From NCBI RefSeq assembly GCF_006345805.1, contig NC_042997.1:199950001-200014000 (forward strand): a DNA stretch of 64,000 bases, in the 5' to 3' direction. The number at the start of each line of letters is the position of its first letter. Position 1 is the first letter of the stretch. Source of the stretch: Octopus sinensis. Lineage: Eukaryota. A program made the position numbers and the translations under genes. The notes under the pieces were generated by a model that saw only the letters and a program-made list of their open reading frames with translations, was not told where the DNA came from and ran no database searches. Positions 12,309-25,940 of this stretch are shown here, one piece after another.

Positions 12309-13154
12309 GAGAGAAGACAGGAGAAAAAGATAGAAGAAATCACAACATAGCTCTTGCAGATTTCTTGCTGGTAAGAAAACAAATATAAGCAACATCTAGA
12401 ACTATGTACAATGAAGGCAGAACTAGCTATTAACTATTACTTGTTTATAAAAAGTTGTGAATTTCTTTCCAGAAGAAATTCTTAACCTCTGTGACAGGTG
12501 TTTGAATGCGATCCATGTAAATTATCTCACCGCTATAACATGTGGTTCTTCTTGAAATAAATATTTTTTTCATTGTAAAGTAGTAAATCTTAAAAAAACA
12601 ATTGCTCCTGAGTAAATTCAGTAAGCTCTGAATAGCATGACAATAACCACTTAAACGGTTTATCCATTTGGACTACAAACTCGATACAACTTGTGTACTG
12701 GCTAAAAATGACATTCGTTTTGTCACAGAAAAAGGGCCTTCTTGAATAACAAAGATAGGATTGTGAAATTAATTCAGTAATTTTGAAGGCTTAACAACTG
12801 AAAATTAATACACAGAGAGAATATAAAGAAAAGAAAATGTTTTAGAATAGAAATACTTGGACTGAATGGCTACTTATAGTGATATATACGAGAACTGAAC
12901 AGAGAAAGAACATGAGAAGGGGAAAGTAGTGGGAGGAAAATCTTGAATTTTGAATGAAGGCAAGGTTCAAATAACAACCCAGTAAATTGCTTCCAACTGA
13001 ATTCTTAGATCAATCAATATCAGTAATGAAAGTATTGAACTGAAGTAAAAATAGAGGATTGCACCAGCTGCATATCAGGGAACTGTATAATTGAGTCAAG
13101 GCAAGGAATATTTACTAAAAATTCGTAGTTTGTTTGCCCTTCTGCAAAGTCATA

Positions 13155-14385
13155 TTGGGTTGTCTGGAAAGTTCGTGCCACTTTTTAAAGGAAAGAAAAA
13201 AGGTCAATAAATACTTGCAATTACATTTTTAATCAATCAAATATGAACCATTTTGTTACAAAATGCATCTCCATCTTTCATTTTACTTGAAAATACCCTC
13301 TTCCCAGAACTGAGGTGGTTTCATAGCAAAGAGTTCATCAAGGTATCTTTTTGTCATCCAAGGAATTGAAATTTTTACCATTAAGACTATTCTGCAGAAA
13401 CCTGAATAAGTGGAAATCCAAAGGGGCAATATCTGGTGAATATGAAGGGTAGGGTAACACATCCCAGCCAAGCTGCAGCAATTTTTATCTGGTTCCCAAA
13501 GAAACATGCAGTCTTGTATTATCATGTTGGAAAACAACACCCTACCCATTTGCCAATTCTGGACGTTTCTCTTGAATTGCTGCTTTTAACTCAGAATTAA
13601 TTTTCTGGTTATTTGGGAGAAGCTCATAGTACAGAATTCCTTTCCAATCCCACCAGACACAAAGCAAGACTTTTTTAGTATGAAGACCCGCTTTTGGGGT
13701 GGCTAAGGGTGGCTCATGTTGCTTACTCCAGGATCACTTTCTCTGAACATTTCGGTAGATAATCCATTTCTCATCACCTGTCACAACTTGCTTTAAAAAA
13801 GGCACATTTTCATTCCGTTTATAAAGCGAATCACAGATAGAAATGTGATCCAAAAGTTTCTTCTCACTCAACTCATGTGGTACCCAAACATCGTAGCGAT
13901 TTGTGTACCAGATGCTAATGAACGACGGATTTTGATAGGTTGAGGCTTTCTGCCAATTCTCGGTTTGTGCAATGTGGGTTATTCTCAATTAATGATTTGG
14001 TCATCATCTGTAGTGGATGGTCTGCCTGATCACTCTTTGTCAATAAGGCTACATTCTCCAGCTCGGAACCTTGCAAATCACTTCCGTACAGTTCTTTTGG
14101 ATAAAGAAACATCACCGTAAACTGCGCATATTTCTTCGGTTGCTTGTGAGACATTTTTCCCTTTACGGAAAAAGAAAAGCATCAAGTGCCGAAAATGAAC
14201 TTTCTTATCTTCCATTTTAAAGGTTACAGAATTAACACAGGTTATAGGAACATAAACCTTCTTCCACGAAAAGATAGCTTAAACTGTCCTCTAAATGGAG
14301 GTGTATTTTATGGACTCAACCATGTTCTAAAATAAGTCGAAAGGTAAGCTTCTATAAATCGGCATGAACTTTCTGGACAACCCAA
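13155..14385 (-). mobile_element. Full-length, inactivated mariner (DD34D) transposon
   Basis: TA-flanked 25-bp TIRs TTGGGTTGTCTGGAAAGTTCGTGCC / GGCATGAACTTTCTGGACAACCCAA (22/25), 1231 bp. Motifs WVPHEL, VTGDEKW and YSPDIAPLDFHLF across frameshifted ORFs. Confidence 0.95.
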
Positions 14386-14757
14386 TATATTGCAGGAACT
14401 ACTTCTGTCCCCAAAATCCTATACTGCACAAAACCAGACTTCAAGTAGTGCTGTTACTTGGGCATAAAAAACTGAAACTTCTGTGTGAAAAACAAAGTTT
14501 AGTCACATTCTAGAAAGAACTTCCGGTTAGATTTCCTGTTTGCACCTTGCGTTTCCTTTTTCCATTTAAACAAGTGAGTTTATATGAATTTTTTTCCCCT
14601 TCAAATATGATAGCAGTTAACACTTCAAGTAGTGAATTAGAATTTTGTATTATTTACTAATAATATATTCATTGCTATTTATTTATTAATGATATAATTA
14701 GAAAATCAATGCCTATGAGTCAATATTTTGTAAATTTTTATTTTTTAAAATTTTTAT

Positions 14758-14960
14758 CTAGTTTCAGCTCACAAGCTGTGGCCATGCTGGGGCACCGCCA
14801 TTTGGTGTTGCTACATGATTTTACTTCACAAATGCTTTTTAGCAATTGCCATTTGGTGCATGAGAGAGTTCGATGCAGCTGCCCTCATATGCACCTCCTG
14901 CCGTGAAGTTGGTTCATCTGGGACACCTGACAAGAAGAGATCCAGTTTTATTTTATATAT
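14758..14960 (-). repeat. Retroelement 3' end sharing the GGCGGTGCCCCAGCATGGCC..CTGAAAC tail with the SINE at 21141
   Basis: The reverse complement of 14758-14800 matches the tail at 21471-21510; the upstream body differs. Confidence 0.5.
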
Positions 14961-15833
14961 ATATAAGAAACACTTATGTGCAATCAACATAACTATATTC
15001 AACCTATCTTAGCAGGTGAAAGTAGCATTACGTACATGCGTGCGTGCGTGCGCGCGCAAGAGAGTGAATATATGAATTTGTTATTGCAAACAAACATGTT
15101 CTGATCATCAACTGTGTGTGTGTTATCATGAAAATTTATAAACTTTGAGTGAACATTAATTCCTCTTTTTTGGAGCAGTGGATCTTGAAGCACATAAAGT
15201 TATAAAGAATGGCAAGTAAATACTTTGTTTAAAAAAATCCTTTGGATAGAGAAACAAACATACATATGTTTTGAGGTATTTTGACTGCATATTGTACACA
15301 CGCTGTTCCTAGTAGTAATATATGTATGTACTTGTATGTCTGCGTGCTTCATCCAATGCACATATTTTCTGTTATTTTCTGTCTTTAAGAGCAGTAAATA
15401 TTATTCATAGGAATTAGAGACAATTTATGAAAATTTAATTCAAAGATTGACATTTGAATTAAGTAATTAACTGGTCAGATCTAAATCGGTATAAAATAAA
15501 TTTTTATGTAATTACTAGCTAGAAAAAGGAATGCACATAGAGTAATTCCATTTAATTTAAGGTGAAATATATCAGTAATAGTATTCCAAAATGTAAAGCA
15601 CCTGTACCAGCGTTACATGAAAGGCACCTGTGCTGGTGCCATGTATGAAGCACCCATACCAGTGCCATGTAAAGCATCCAATACAATCTGTAGTGGTTGG
15701 CATTAAGGACATCCAGCCATAGAAACAATGCCAAAACAGACAGGTGGAGGCTGGGGAATTCTGGAGCAGGCCAGCTTCTGTCAAACCATTCAACCCATGC
15801 CAACAGGGAAAACAGATGTTAAATGGTGGTGAC

Positions 15834-15864
<31 letters not shown>

Positions 15865-15869
15865 TTATA

Positions 15870-18573
15870 TGATGGACTCTCCCCTCAGTTTTGACCTATG
15901 AGGCTCCAACAATGTACTCTTTGTCAGTCATAATGCTTTTGTTGAATATGACATCTAAGTCCTGCCAACGATTTGCAAAGAAGGTCACAGAGGTTGCAAG
16001 TATAAGGATTACAGGTCAGTGCAGGTGGTATATTTGCAGCCATTTTTCTCCTTTGCCTTGCATCCCAAAGCCTGTTAATGCTAGTTGCAACAAAGTTTTT
16101 AATACCATTTTGACACAACACTCTTCATTTTGTTCAATCCAAGGCTGTTCACTCAAGGGCATTGTGAGCTATCTTCATCTCTAAGAGGTTATTCTTTAGC
16201 TTGTCCTTATATCCAACCCATAGTTGACCAACATTCCTGTATCCGCTCCCAAGCTGGCTGTACATGAGGACTTTGGGAGTTCTTTCATCACTCATTCTGA
16301 TGATATGGCCAGCCCAGTGCAACTGTGATTGTATAAAGAAGCTCTCAATTCCACCAATCTTACACTTGCTAAACAAGTTGGCATTAGAAACTTTGTCTTT
16401 TAGTGAATGACTGCAGGTTATCCTCAGACAATCTTTGTGGAAGATGTCTAGTTGGTTAATGTGTCATCTAAAGCATATCTACGATTCTGAGCCATACAAG
16501 AGAGTAGTAAGAATGGCTGTTTTATAGACCTGTACTTTGATGTCAAGTTTGATGCCCCTCTCATTCCATAGACAATGACAGAGTTTCCCAAATGCATTGG
16601 TTGCCTTTGCAAGACGGTTGACGATTTCACCATCAAGGGAAGCACTCAAATTCACTGTACTACCAAGATATGTAAAAGACTTCACATAATTTAGGCTTTT
16701 CCCATCAACCTGTACAGGAGAACTGAGAACCAGTAGCCTCTGCTTGACACCTTGAATTTGTTTAGGAGTAGAGCAAAGTTGGTGGATTACTTCTGTCTTC
16801 TTTATGCTCATGGTCAAACCAAAGGCTTTACATGCATCAGAAAATCAGTCTAAAAATTCCTGAGCTTCTTCTAAAGAGGTCACTACTAGTGCAACATCAT
16901 CAGCAAAAAGGAGATCACGAATGATACTGGTGCGTAGCAGTGTTCTGGCTTTGAAACACTAATGATTGAATAGTCCACCACTTGTTCAAAACTGGAATTT
17001 GACATCATTTTGTATGTTGCCAAAAGCATACCTCAGCATCACTGCCAAGAAGAGTGCAAACAAAATAGGGGCCGTAACACAACCTTGCTTTGTGCTGTTT
17101 GTAATGTCAAAAGAAGCTGAAGATTCCCTACCAGAAATGACCGCAGCCTTCATTCCCTCATGAAAGGAGATGATAACATTCAGCATTTTGTCAGGTATAC
17201 AAAGCTGTTTCAGAACTTTACATAGTGCTTGCCAGTAAACAGTGTCAAAGGCCTTAGTTAGGTCAACAAACATCAAGAACAACATTTGATTTTTCTCAAG
17301 TACTTTCTCCATGACCTGTTGGAGGGAAAAGATCATGTCGATAGTGCCACAACCAGAGCAAAATCCACACTGATTCTGGATAGATATCATTTACAACGTG
17401 TTTGATGATCCTATCAAGAATGAGTTGAGCCAGAATCTTACTAGCAATAGACAGAAGCAATATTCCACGATAATGATCACAGACACTTCTGTTTCCTTTG
17501 TTCTTATAAAGATGTTGAATTGAGGCATCCTTGAAGTCCTGTGGTACACGGCCAACCATCCAAATATTTGTGAAGAGGCCATGCAGTTTCTTAAATAACT
17601 TTTGCTCATCATGTTTGTAGATTCCAGGAGGAATAGCATTCCTGCCAGGTGCTTTATCAGGAGAGATCTGTTTAATAGAGTTTACCACTTCCAGGAAGGT
17701 TGGCTCCAGAGACAGTTCTGGTGTACTGTGGAACCGACATTATGACAGCATCATTAGTGACTGAGGTGGAGTTCAACATGGCTTCTAAGTGATGTTTCCA
17801 TCGTTTCAGGATGTCAGATTTGCCAGTCAGCAGTGTCTCTATTCGATGCAAAAATAGGAGTAACACCGTGCTCTTGAGGACTACACACTTTCTTGAGGCC
17901 ATCATAAAAAGCTTTAGAATCCTTTCTGTCTTCAGCTTCTTGGAGTTCAGTATCCTTAAAAGACCACCAGGCCTCTTTCATCTGTCTCAGAGCCTGTTGG
18001 ACTTGGCTTCTGCATCTCTTCTAGGCATTCTCTTTTCTGGATGAGCTCTTATCATTTATCCAGGTTTTGTGAGAGCTGTGTATTTTATCAAACAACTGTT
18101 GTACATCTGTGTTTTCACCGTTGAAACAATCTTGATATTTACAAACAGGAAGTCCAAGAACCTCTACAGATACAGAGTGTGTTGCATCATGCAGACCCTT
18201 CCAAGATGATTCTGTGTCATCATTGATATTAACAGTGTTGAGTGCAGTGTCCAACTTGATAGAGAGCTCAGCCTGCTTTTCAACAGTTTTCAACGGCAGA
18301 ACATTAATGTGCATAGGCACTGATGACTTTTGTACTATTGTTTCAGATGGAAAAGTAACCTTACCACGGAGAAGAGAAATGGTCAGAGAGATAGCAGGTG
18401 TTATGAAAGGGACGTGCAATATTAAAGTCCCTAAAACCCCGTGTTTTTAGTAGTAACATTTTACGAGATGCCAATCCTGAGATTTAGGATGCATCCAGGT
18501 TGTCTTGCAATAATTTCGCTGTTGAGAAAATGTATTTGTGATGCTTAGACTGAATTCCCTGCAGGTGGATAGA
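15870..18573 (-). mobile_element. RTE-clade (BovB-like) LINE, 5'-truncated pseudogene: end of APE domain, RT, CCHH finger
   Basis: ITNTF..TWMHPKSQDWHL, KAPGRNAIP, YRGILLLS, QCGF..GTIDMIFSL, FVDLTKAFDTV, KQGCVTAP, LLFADDVAL, FTYLGS, WAGHIIRM and CNLC..GLRCHIQQKH occur in order, with many stops and frameshifts. Confidence 0.95.
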
Positions 18574-18621
<48 letters not shown>

Positions 18622-18631
18622 TATTTGAGAC

Positions 18632-18671
<40 letters not shown>

Positions 18672-18675
<4 letters not shown>

Positions 18676-18966
18676 TCATTGTTGTTTAACGTCCATTTTC
18701 CATGCTAGCATGGGTTGGATGGTTCAACTGGAGTCTGGGAAGCCAGAAGGCGGCGCCAGGCCCAGTCTGATCTGGCAGTGTTTCTACAGCTGGATGCCCT
18801 TCCTATATATATATATATATATAGGAAGGGCGTTAGGAAGGGCATCCAGCCATAGAAACACTGCCAGATCTGACTGGGCCTGATGAAGCCTTCCAGCTTC
18901 ACAGACCCCAGTTGAACCGTCCAACCCATGCTAGCATGGAGAACGGACGCTAAATGATGATGATGA
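18672..18966. repeat. Inverted pair of SINE 3' halves joined by a palindrome
   Basis: Minus copy 18672-18803 and plus copy ~18829-18966, with central GCCCTTCC(TA)10GGAAGGGC at 18796-18831. Confidence 0.9.
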
Positions 18967-19016
18967 TATATATATATCATCATCACTTAACATCAATTTT
19001 CCATGCTAGCATGATA

Positions 19017-19845
19017 TCTATATAATAAGATAGACCTGTTTGTGTATCCACTTTTCATGTGAAAACAGCTGTATGAATTGCTTCAATACTTAGGATACAT
19101 GAATAATTTGACCTCGGATACATAAGAACTTCAATTTATTTTTATACTAAAAATAAATAATATTGCTTTATATATATATATGATTCACTTCTTTAAAAAG
19201 GTTTCTCAATGTCAACTTCCAGTACTGACGAAGCAACAGCTAAATATTCCGTTTTCATTTGCAAAATCTCACTCTCCATTTCAATGTTTTTATTCAGAGC
19301 TTTCATTCGCTATTTGTAAACAACTGCGATAAATTACTGAAAGAAATATCTACTAAGTTCACAAATTTAGATATTCAGTACAAGATAGTTTTTGATGTGC
19401 TTTTATTTAAATGATTTTTTTCATTTCATGTTTATTTCGTTCATTGTTTGCAATGTTCTCTCTCTCCCCACTCTCTCTCACACACACACACATTCCAAGT
19501 TTGATTTTGTTATTACACAAATATCACATTAGAATTTTGCAATTCCACATAGGGCATCAAAAAACTTTGGGCATTCTTTCACTTGAACTCACACACTTTG
19601 TTAATTTCCGTAAAAATATTTTATTTATTTCCTTTTTGTGCAGTGTTCAGCTCTATGTATTTGTAGAAAGGCACACATGTTTTTGTATGTATGTTTGTAT
19701 ACATTCATGTATGTGTGTGCATTTGTGTGTGTGAGAGTGAGTGAATAGGTGTGTTCTCATGTATATGTACATACATAAATACATATCCATACATCTTTTT
19801 GTATGTATGTGTGCATATGTGAGAGAAAGTAAGAGTGGTCTCTCA

Positions 19846-19891
<46 letters not shown>

Positions 19892-22170
19892 CATTTCATG
19901 TTTGATACTCTGTGTGTGTGTGTGTGTGTGCGTGCATGTGTGGTGGGGAGTTTTCCACAATAGCCATTTATTTCAATCATTCTTGTGAAGATATTCACGT
20001 AACTCACTTTTTCATTTAACACCCATTTTAATTTTCAAAAAAGTTTCCAAGAACAATGTTTTTACTCTCTGCAAGAGGAGACAGGGTAGATGTAGATGAT
20101 CAGTATTCTACAGTGAAGCAAAGACAAGTACAGGTAACCACAGTCTATGTTGAATTCTGCAACTCTTAACTCTATTAAGTATGTTTGCAAATATAGAAAC
20201 ACAGGTTTAGGTGCTGCAACATATGCTTAATGGCAGTCAGCAGATGAATAAAAATGATGACATTGAACAGTATGACAAAGGAAGATACAGCAGTGCCAAT
20301 GAGGCTTTTTGATGCATCTTCAATTCTCCCAATCATGAGAGGCACCCAGCCATCATTCATCTGAGTGTCCATATAGAAAATGGCTACAGAGTTATCTTTA
20401 CAAAACAGACAGCCTTGCAACAAGCACTTTCTCCAAAAGAAACTACCCTTACTGCCTTTTTTAAGCTGTGACGAGTAGATGAAGATGCAAGAAAACTCCT
20501 TTACCCACAATTACCCAAGTATTACACCTGGAGAAACAATGGCACAAAAGGAAATGTGGAGGTTGATGCTCTTCCACCCAAGCCAAGCAGAATGCTACTA
20601 CTAATGGCTCCTTTTGCATGTAGTACATGGTCCCAAATCATTCCAAGATTTCAGGAGGGTAAGTAGTCATGTGTGTGAAACTTATTAGGAAGCATGCTAT
20701 CAACAAGGTTTTTTTTAGAAAATGATAAGCATTGGGACCATGCACTGACTGAAGCATCAGTATCAGATTTTCCAAGGAAACTCCATAACCTTTTTGCAAA
20801 TATACTGAACATGTGTCAACTTGGTAGTCCCCTACAGCTTTGGATGAAACATCGTAAGGGCATGGCTGAGGACTTAAAGTATGCAGTTCAACAGGCAAAC
20901 ACAGATATCAATATTCTCTGAAACAATTTTTAACCAAGCATTGGTTGAAACTGAGGATCAAGTTTTGGCTATGGGAGGCAAAAATTTCCATGAGTCTGGC
21001 TCTGGACTGCCAAAAACAAACTGTCAAATTAGTGATTTAACTTCAAGAGATATAGTAAGAGAGACAGATTATATCACATCACAGAGTTGGCTGCATTTGT
21101 GAATAAACATGAACCTAAACTCCTTCCAGAACAATGCTATGCAGGAGTGGCTGTGTGGTAAGTAGCTTGCTTACCAACCACATGGTCATGGGTTCAGTCC
21201 CACTGCGTGGCACCTTGGGCAAGTGTCTTCTACTATAGCTTCGGGCCAACCAAAGCCTTGTGAGTGGATTTGGTAGACGAAAACTGAAAGAAGCCCATCG
21301 TATGTGTGTGTGTATGCTTATGTGTCTGTCCCCCCCCTCCCAACATCGCTTGACAACCGATGCTGGTGTGTTTGTGTGCCCCGTAACTTAGCAGTTTGGC
21401 TTAAGAGACCGATAGAATAAGTACTAGGCTTACAGAGAATAAGCTCTGGGGTCGATCTGCTCGACTAAAGGCGGTGCTCCAGCATGGCTGCAGTCAAATG
21501 ACTGAAACAAGTAAAAGAATAAAAGAATATGATAACATTATTTCATCAGTCAGAGAAAAATAGCAGAGGAATTTTCTTTCTTGATGTTCCTGGTGGCATG
21601 GGTAAAACATTTGTAACATTGCTTCTCTCCAATGTAAGCAACAAAAAAGAACTGAAGTTGTTGTAGCATTGTCTGGGTTTACTGCCATTCTCCCAGGAGG
21701 ACGAACAGCTCATTCTGCTTTCAAATTACTGCTAAGCCTGGTTACAAATGACAGTCCAATTTGTAGCACAGGCAAAGGTTCAAGTTCAGCAAAAGTGTTG
21801 TGCCAATGCCACCTGATCATTTGGGATGAATGTACCGTGTCATAGAGGTGCAATGGAAGATCTTGATAAGACCTTACAGGACATAAGAGGCAACAATAAA
21901 TCTATTGGATGAGTTACATTGGTTTTATCGGGGGACTTCAGACAGACATTACCAATCATTCCAAGACGAACTAAATCTGATGAAATAAAAGCATGCGTTA
22001 AGTCTTCACACCTATGGAATAAAGTATAGAAAGTCTCCTTCAATACTAACATGCAAGCTTTTATTACATGTGCAGAATAATTTTCAACCTAGCTCCTCCA
22101 ATTAGGAAGCAGGAAAGTACCATTTGATGGGAATGGTGATATCAATTTGGCTCATATTGCTTTCCTGCAC
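19017..22170 (+). mobile_element. Decayed Helitron with RepHel (PIF1-like helicase) pseudogene
   Basis: Putative 5' end A|TCTATATAATAAG at 19017. 20250-22160 gives GRYSSANEA, HERHPAIIHLSVHIENG, TTLTAFFKL, FFLDVPGGMGKTF (Walker A), GGRTAHSAFK, LIIWDECT and GDFRQTLPII. No 3' CTAG end found, and the link to the 5' end is inferred. Confidence 0.85.
21141..21529 (+). mobile_element. tRNA-derived SINE inserted in the Helitron helicase
   Basis: A-box-like TGGCTGTGTGG, B-box-like GGTTCAGTCCC, internal (TG)n and AAAAGAAT tail. The helicase frame resumes after it. Confidence 0.85.
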
Positions 22171-22564
22171 CTGCTTGTGTGTGTGTGTGTGTGTGTGTAG
22201 GAATATAAAATATATTTATATTCTAGGTTAGTAACCTATGACAAACTTTAGTCTCAACACCTGTAAACACATTGATAACATAAAAATCAATAACAGATAT
22301 AGACCATATTCACAATGTACACCAACAATCTTTATCAGCAAACTTCATCCAAATTCATGCACTAGTCATATTTGAATTTTTTTTTATACTGAACAGCATT
22401 TCATCAAAATTTCTAGCATGGAAAAATGGACATTAAAACAGTAATGTTGATGAGATATATAAAATCAGAAAAGAAACTTCAAACCGATGTAATTATTGTT
22501 TTACTTAACAGGAATTTATTTCTAAAAATGCTTGCCTATGATAATTTTGTGAAATATTCTATAA

Positions 22565-22972
22565 CTAGCAGCATAGCCTGGCGTTGCCCGGGTATGTAAG
22601 AGCCCCTAGTAGGCAATGACTAATCCCAATCTAGTTCTTTCCCTCTAGGGAACGAAGGCGCATGTGTAGGTTGCAATGTCTTCTGTTCACTCGAATACTT
22701 CTATGTATACGATGTTCCTAGCTGTCTCCCGACAGAAAATGTGTTACATATAAAAAGCTTAGATTCTCGACCCCATGTCGAATTTATCGATTTTTTTCAG
22801 AACTGGGGGAACTTTTCAAAATTTTCGCTGTGTTAGTTTTGAATTACGACATTGGGCTATGTGTGTGTCAGGTTTCATCAGAATCGGTTGAAAGCCGTGG
22901 TCAGGGTGAGGGTACAACCTGACAGCCACACAGACACACAGACAGACAAACTGCCGTTTATATATAGAGAGA
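22565..22972 (-). mobile_element. Non-autonomous Helitron (~408 bp)
   Basis: Minus strand: A|TCTCTCTATATATAAACGGC, (CTGT)-type microsatellite, 3' GC hairpin CCCGGGCAACGCCAGG and CTAG|T. Confidence 0.85.
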
Positions 22973-24237
22973 TAATATTAACGAACAAGAGAACAGTAGT
23001 TATACGGTGTTTTTCTTATCCTGAATTCCAAGATTCCATGCATGTGAAGGAAAATTCATTTACCTTTTTTAATGTCATGTTTCTAAAAATGTGTTACTAT
23101 AATGCATCAGTATCTCCATATAAATAATACTGTATAGTATTAATTTTTTAAATGAAACCTGCCAAATGTACAACTTGCTCACATTTTCTCATACATTCAT
23201 TTCACATATTTTTCCATGGTAGTATGAGTTTGGACAGAAAATTACTTAAGGAAAGATTTTATAGCTGGACACTTTTTCAGCCACCAACCTTTATTTGGTT
23301 TTAAGTAAGGGTTATTTTTTTACCAGAGGTCTTTGAAAGCACAGAGCAATGTCATAAGTCAACAAAGAATGTCAACATCATCACCACTTCATGCAAACTG
23401 TGACAAGCATAGAATATTAACATTCATGCACACATGTACACACACGCACAACAGGCATCCTGCAATTTCCAATATTTTTAATAGAATTGATGGTGTTCTA
23501 ATTTTGTCTAAATCTTATTGTAAGTTTAATTCCCTGGCCAAAATATTACATCCCATTTAAGAAAATACACAATAACTGTTCAATGTAGTTTTAATGGTAT
23601 GAAACTCTCAAAAGAGTTGAACAGCAGAAGATCTTCAGAGAAGAAACTATGCCCTCAAGAAAGGGTTTTTGCCCTTAACTTCTTACACTGTAAGAAGACC
23701 AGGACACATCCAGGTCATAAATCTTTGATACTCTTCTGCCGATACTTTTTAGCCTCTTGGTTATCAAAAACTTGTGTATTTAAACCACTTGGAGATTTCA
23801 TCTAATTGTAACTTCTCTCCATAGACTCAGAGGAGTTACATCTAAAAATAAACTTCCTTGATGTATTTGATTTTTGAAATTACTTTACGCCCTCGGTTGA
23901 CTGAGACAACTTTTCTCCTTACTAACCAAAACATACCATTACTGTAGTTAAAGACCAAACAGATATCATTACCGGGAAAGTAACACAACTGAATTTAAAT
24001 ATTCAATATTCAAATTTGACAAGGCATATAATAAATACAGCTTTTTATATTACATATTCAATTAGGAACACATGAAAGAAGTTCCAATCTAATATTTCTA
24101 ATCCAGAAGAATAGATAAAATGAAACTCATTAAAAGTTATGGAAAAATTTGTGGCTTGACTTGAAATTTGTCGATATGTCCCAGTTAATATGGTTAATGA
24201 GAATATGGCTTTACTTCTGGACATGATGTAAATTTAA

Positions 24238-24458
24238 CCCTTTTGATAGCAACCCAGCTGAAACCGCCTCTGGCTCTGTTGTATAATGTCTTGTTTTCAT
24301 AAGCTTTAAATTAAAATCTTCCACCAAACCTTATTCATAATTTATGTTCCTAACACTAGCTAAATGATAACTAAGTTATTTTACTTAAGTCTTCATTATA
24401 TTTAAAAGTAATTGAAAGAAACACAGAGTATCTCAAAATAAATACAGTAACGAAAGAG
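24238..24458. mobile_element. piggyBac-type MITE (221 bp)
   Basis: TTAA|CCCTTTTGATAG ... GTAACGAAAGAG|TTAA. Reverse-complement homologue of 34806-35023. Confidence 0.9.
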
Positions 24459-25589
24459 TTAAAGCAACAGGCACTCTACAATGCTGATTTCAGTGCCAGA
24501 TGTGAAGCAAGTATGCAAAAGACAGAAATACTTTTTTGATGTGAAATAAATATGCTCACCTAAGAATATTACTTAAAACATTTTTTAGTTTTGTAAAAAA
24601 ATTATTAAAAAATGACTAATGCTGCAATTAAATATTTTATAATAAATAATTAATAAATCTTCAGGGTATACTTATTTCATAAATTGGCAGTTTTGGGTTA
24701 TTTTATTCAATTGCTGAAAAGATATCTAAATATAATAACCTATGTGTTTGTGTGGTGATAGGTGGGGGACATTTAATTTTAGTAAATTTTAATGCAACTG
24801 AATTCCTATTTCACAGATTCAAAGATTTTTAATCATAATAATCTTCATTCTACTAAAAAGGTAAAAAAGCTTTTCAATTCTTTTTTTTTTTTACATTTTA
24901 TATAATATAAATGTAATAAATAATTTTCTTTTAGAAGGTAAAAACTAATTTTCAATTATTTTAAAAGTTTCTTTCGAAATTTAATTCATTAAGTGAATTG
25001 GACTGCAATGTTCTCAAAATCAAAATTCCCAAGGTTGAACGTTGATTTAATTTATGTTTCTATGCAGTATTGTTTTAGAACAATAAAAAATATTAACTAA
25101 GTAAAATTTGTACAGGAAAACTACAGTGTGTTTTGAAGTAGAATAAAATAGTGTGTCAGTAATATAATACTGAAAAACAGAATTGTGATTTTACATTGAA
25201 GCAGTTTCTCAATGAAAATAGCACTGGAAAATAGAGAAGAGTTTTTAAAGAAAACTGTCAAATATGGACAGAGCACTTATTACATCTTTAGCTTTAATGT
25301 ACTTAGTTACATTACCAAATCTTTACTTAGTGACCTTAAGTAGGGTGTCTTAAAAGAAAGAGAAAAATGTAATAAATTTTTCAAATTCAAATAACTAAGA
25401 ATGTATTTAAATTATACAAAATTTAGAAACTCAATGATTGATTGGTTAAAACATTGTGTTATGTTCTTGTTTTAAAATTGTCTAGGTGACAATTCTAGTG
25501 ATTATTTCTACTTCATTGTTGAGTTTTTAACAACCTGAAAGACAAACCACCCAGTTTCTGTTAGCATAAAGATGAATAACGACATGACT

Positions 25590-25940
25590 GAATAAGAAGC
25601 TCACTTCCCAACATGTGGTTTTGGGTTCAGTTCCACTGTGTTGCATGTAAGGCATGTATCATTCCAAACAAACCAAAGCTCTGCAAGTGGATTTGGTAGA
25701 TGGAAACTGAAAGAAGCCCATGTGTGTCTCCTTTGTTTTGACATCACATAGTTGTAAATGAGTATCACCATTATAGCATTTCAAATTTTCCCTGAAAATA
25801 TTTCTGGCCATGAGAAAATATCTTACTTGGAAACAAATGAAGGTTGGCAACAGGAAGAGCATCTAACAATAGAAAATTTGCTACAACGAATTTTGTTTGA
25901 GCAATGCAAATATGAAAAAAATGGAAATTAAAATGATGTT
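25590..25940 (+). mobile_element. SINE with tRNA-like head and RTE-related tail
   Basis: GGGTTCAGTTCCACTG head, GTGGATTTGGTAGATGGAAACTGAAAGAAGCCC body, GGTTGGCAACAGGAAGAGCATC tail core. Confidence 0.7.

Noticed and set aside
21141-21215. tRNA gene
   Set aside because: A/B boxes are present, but the sequence continues into a SINE body and tail, and I see no intact cloverleaf.
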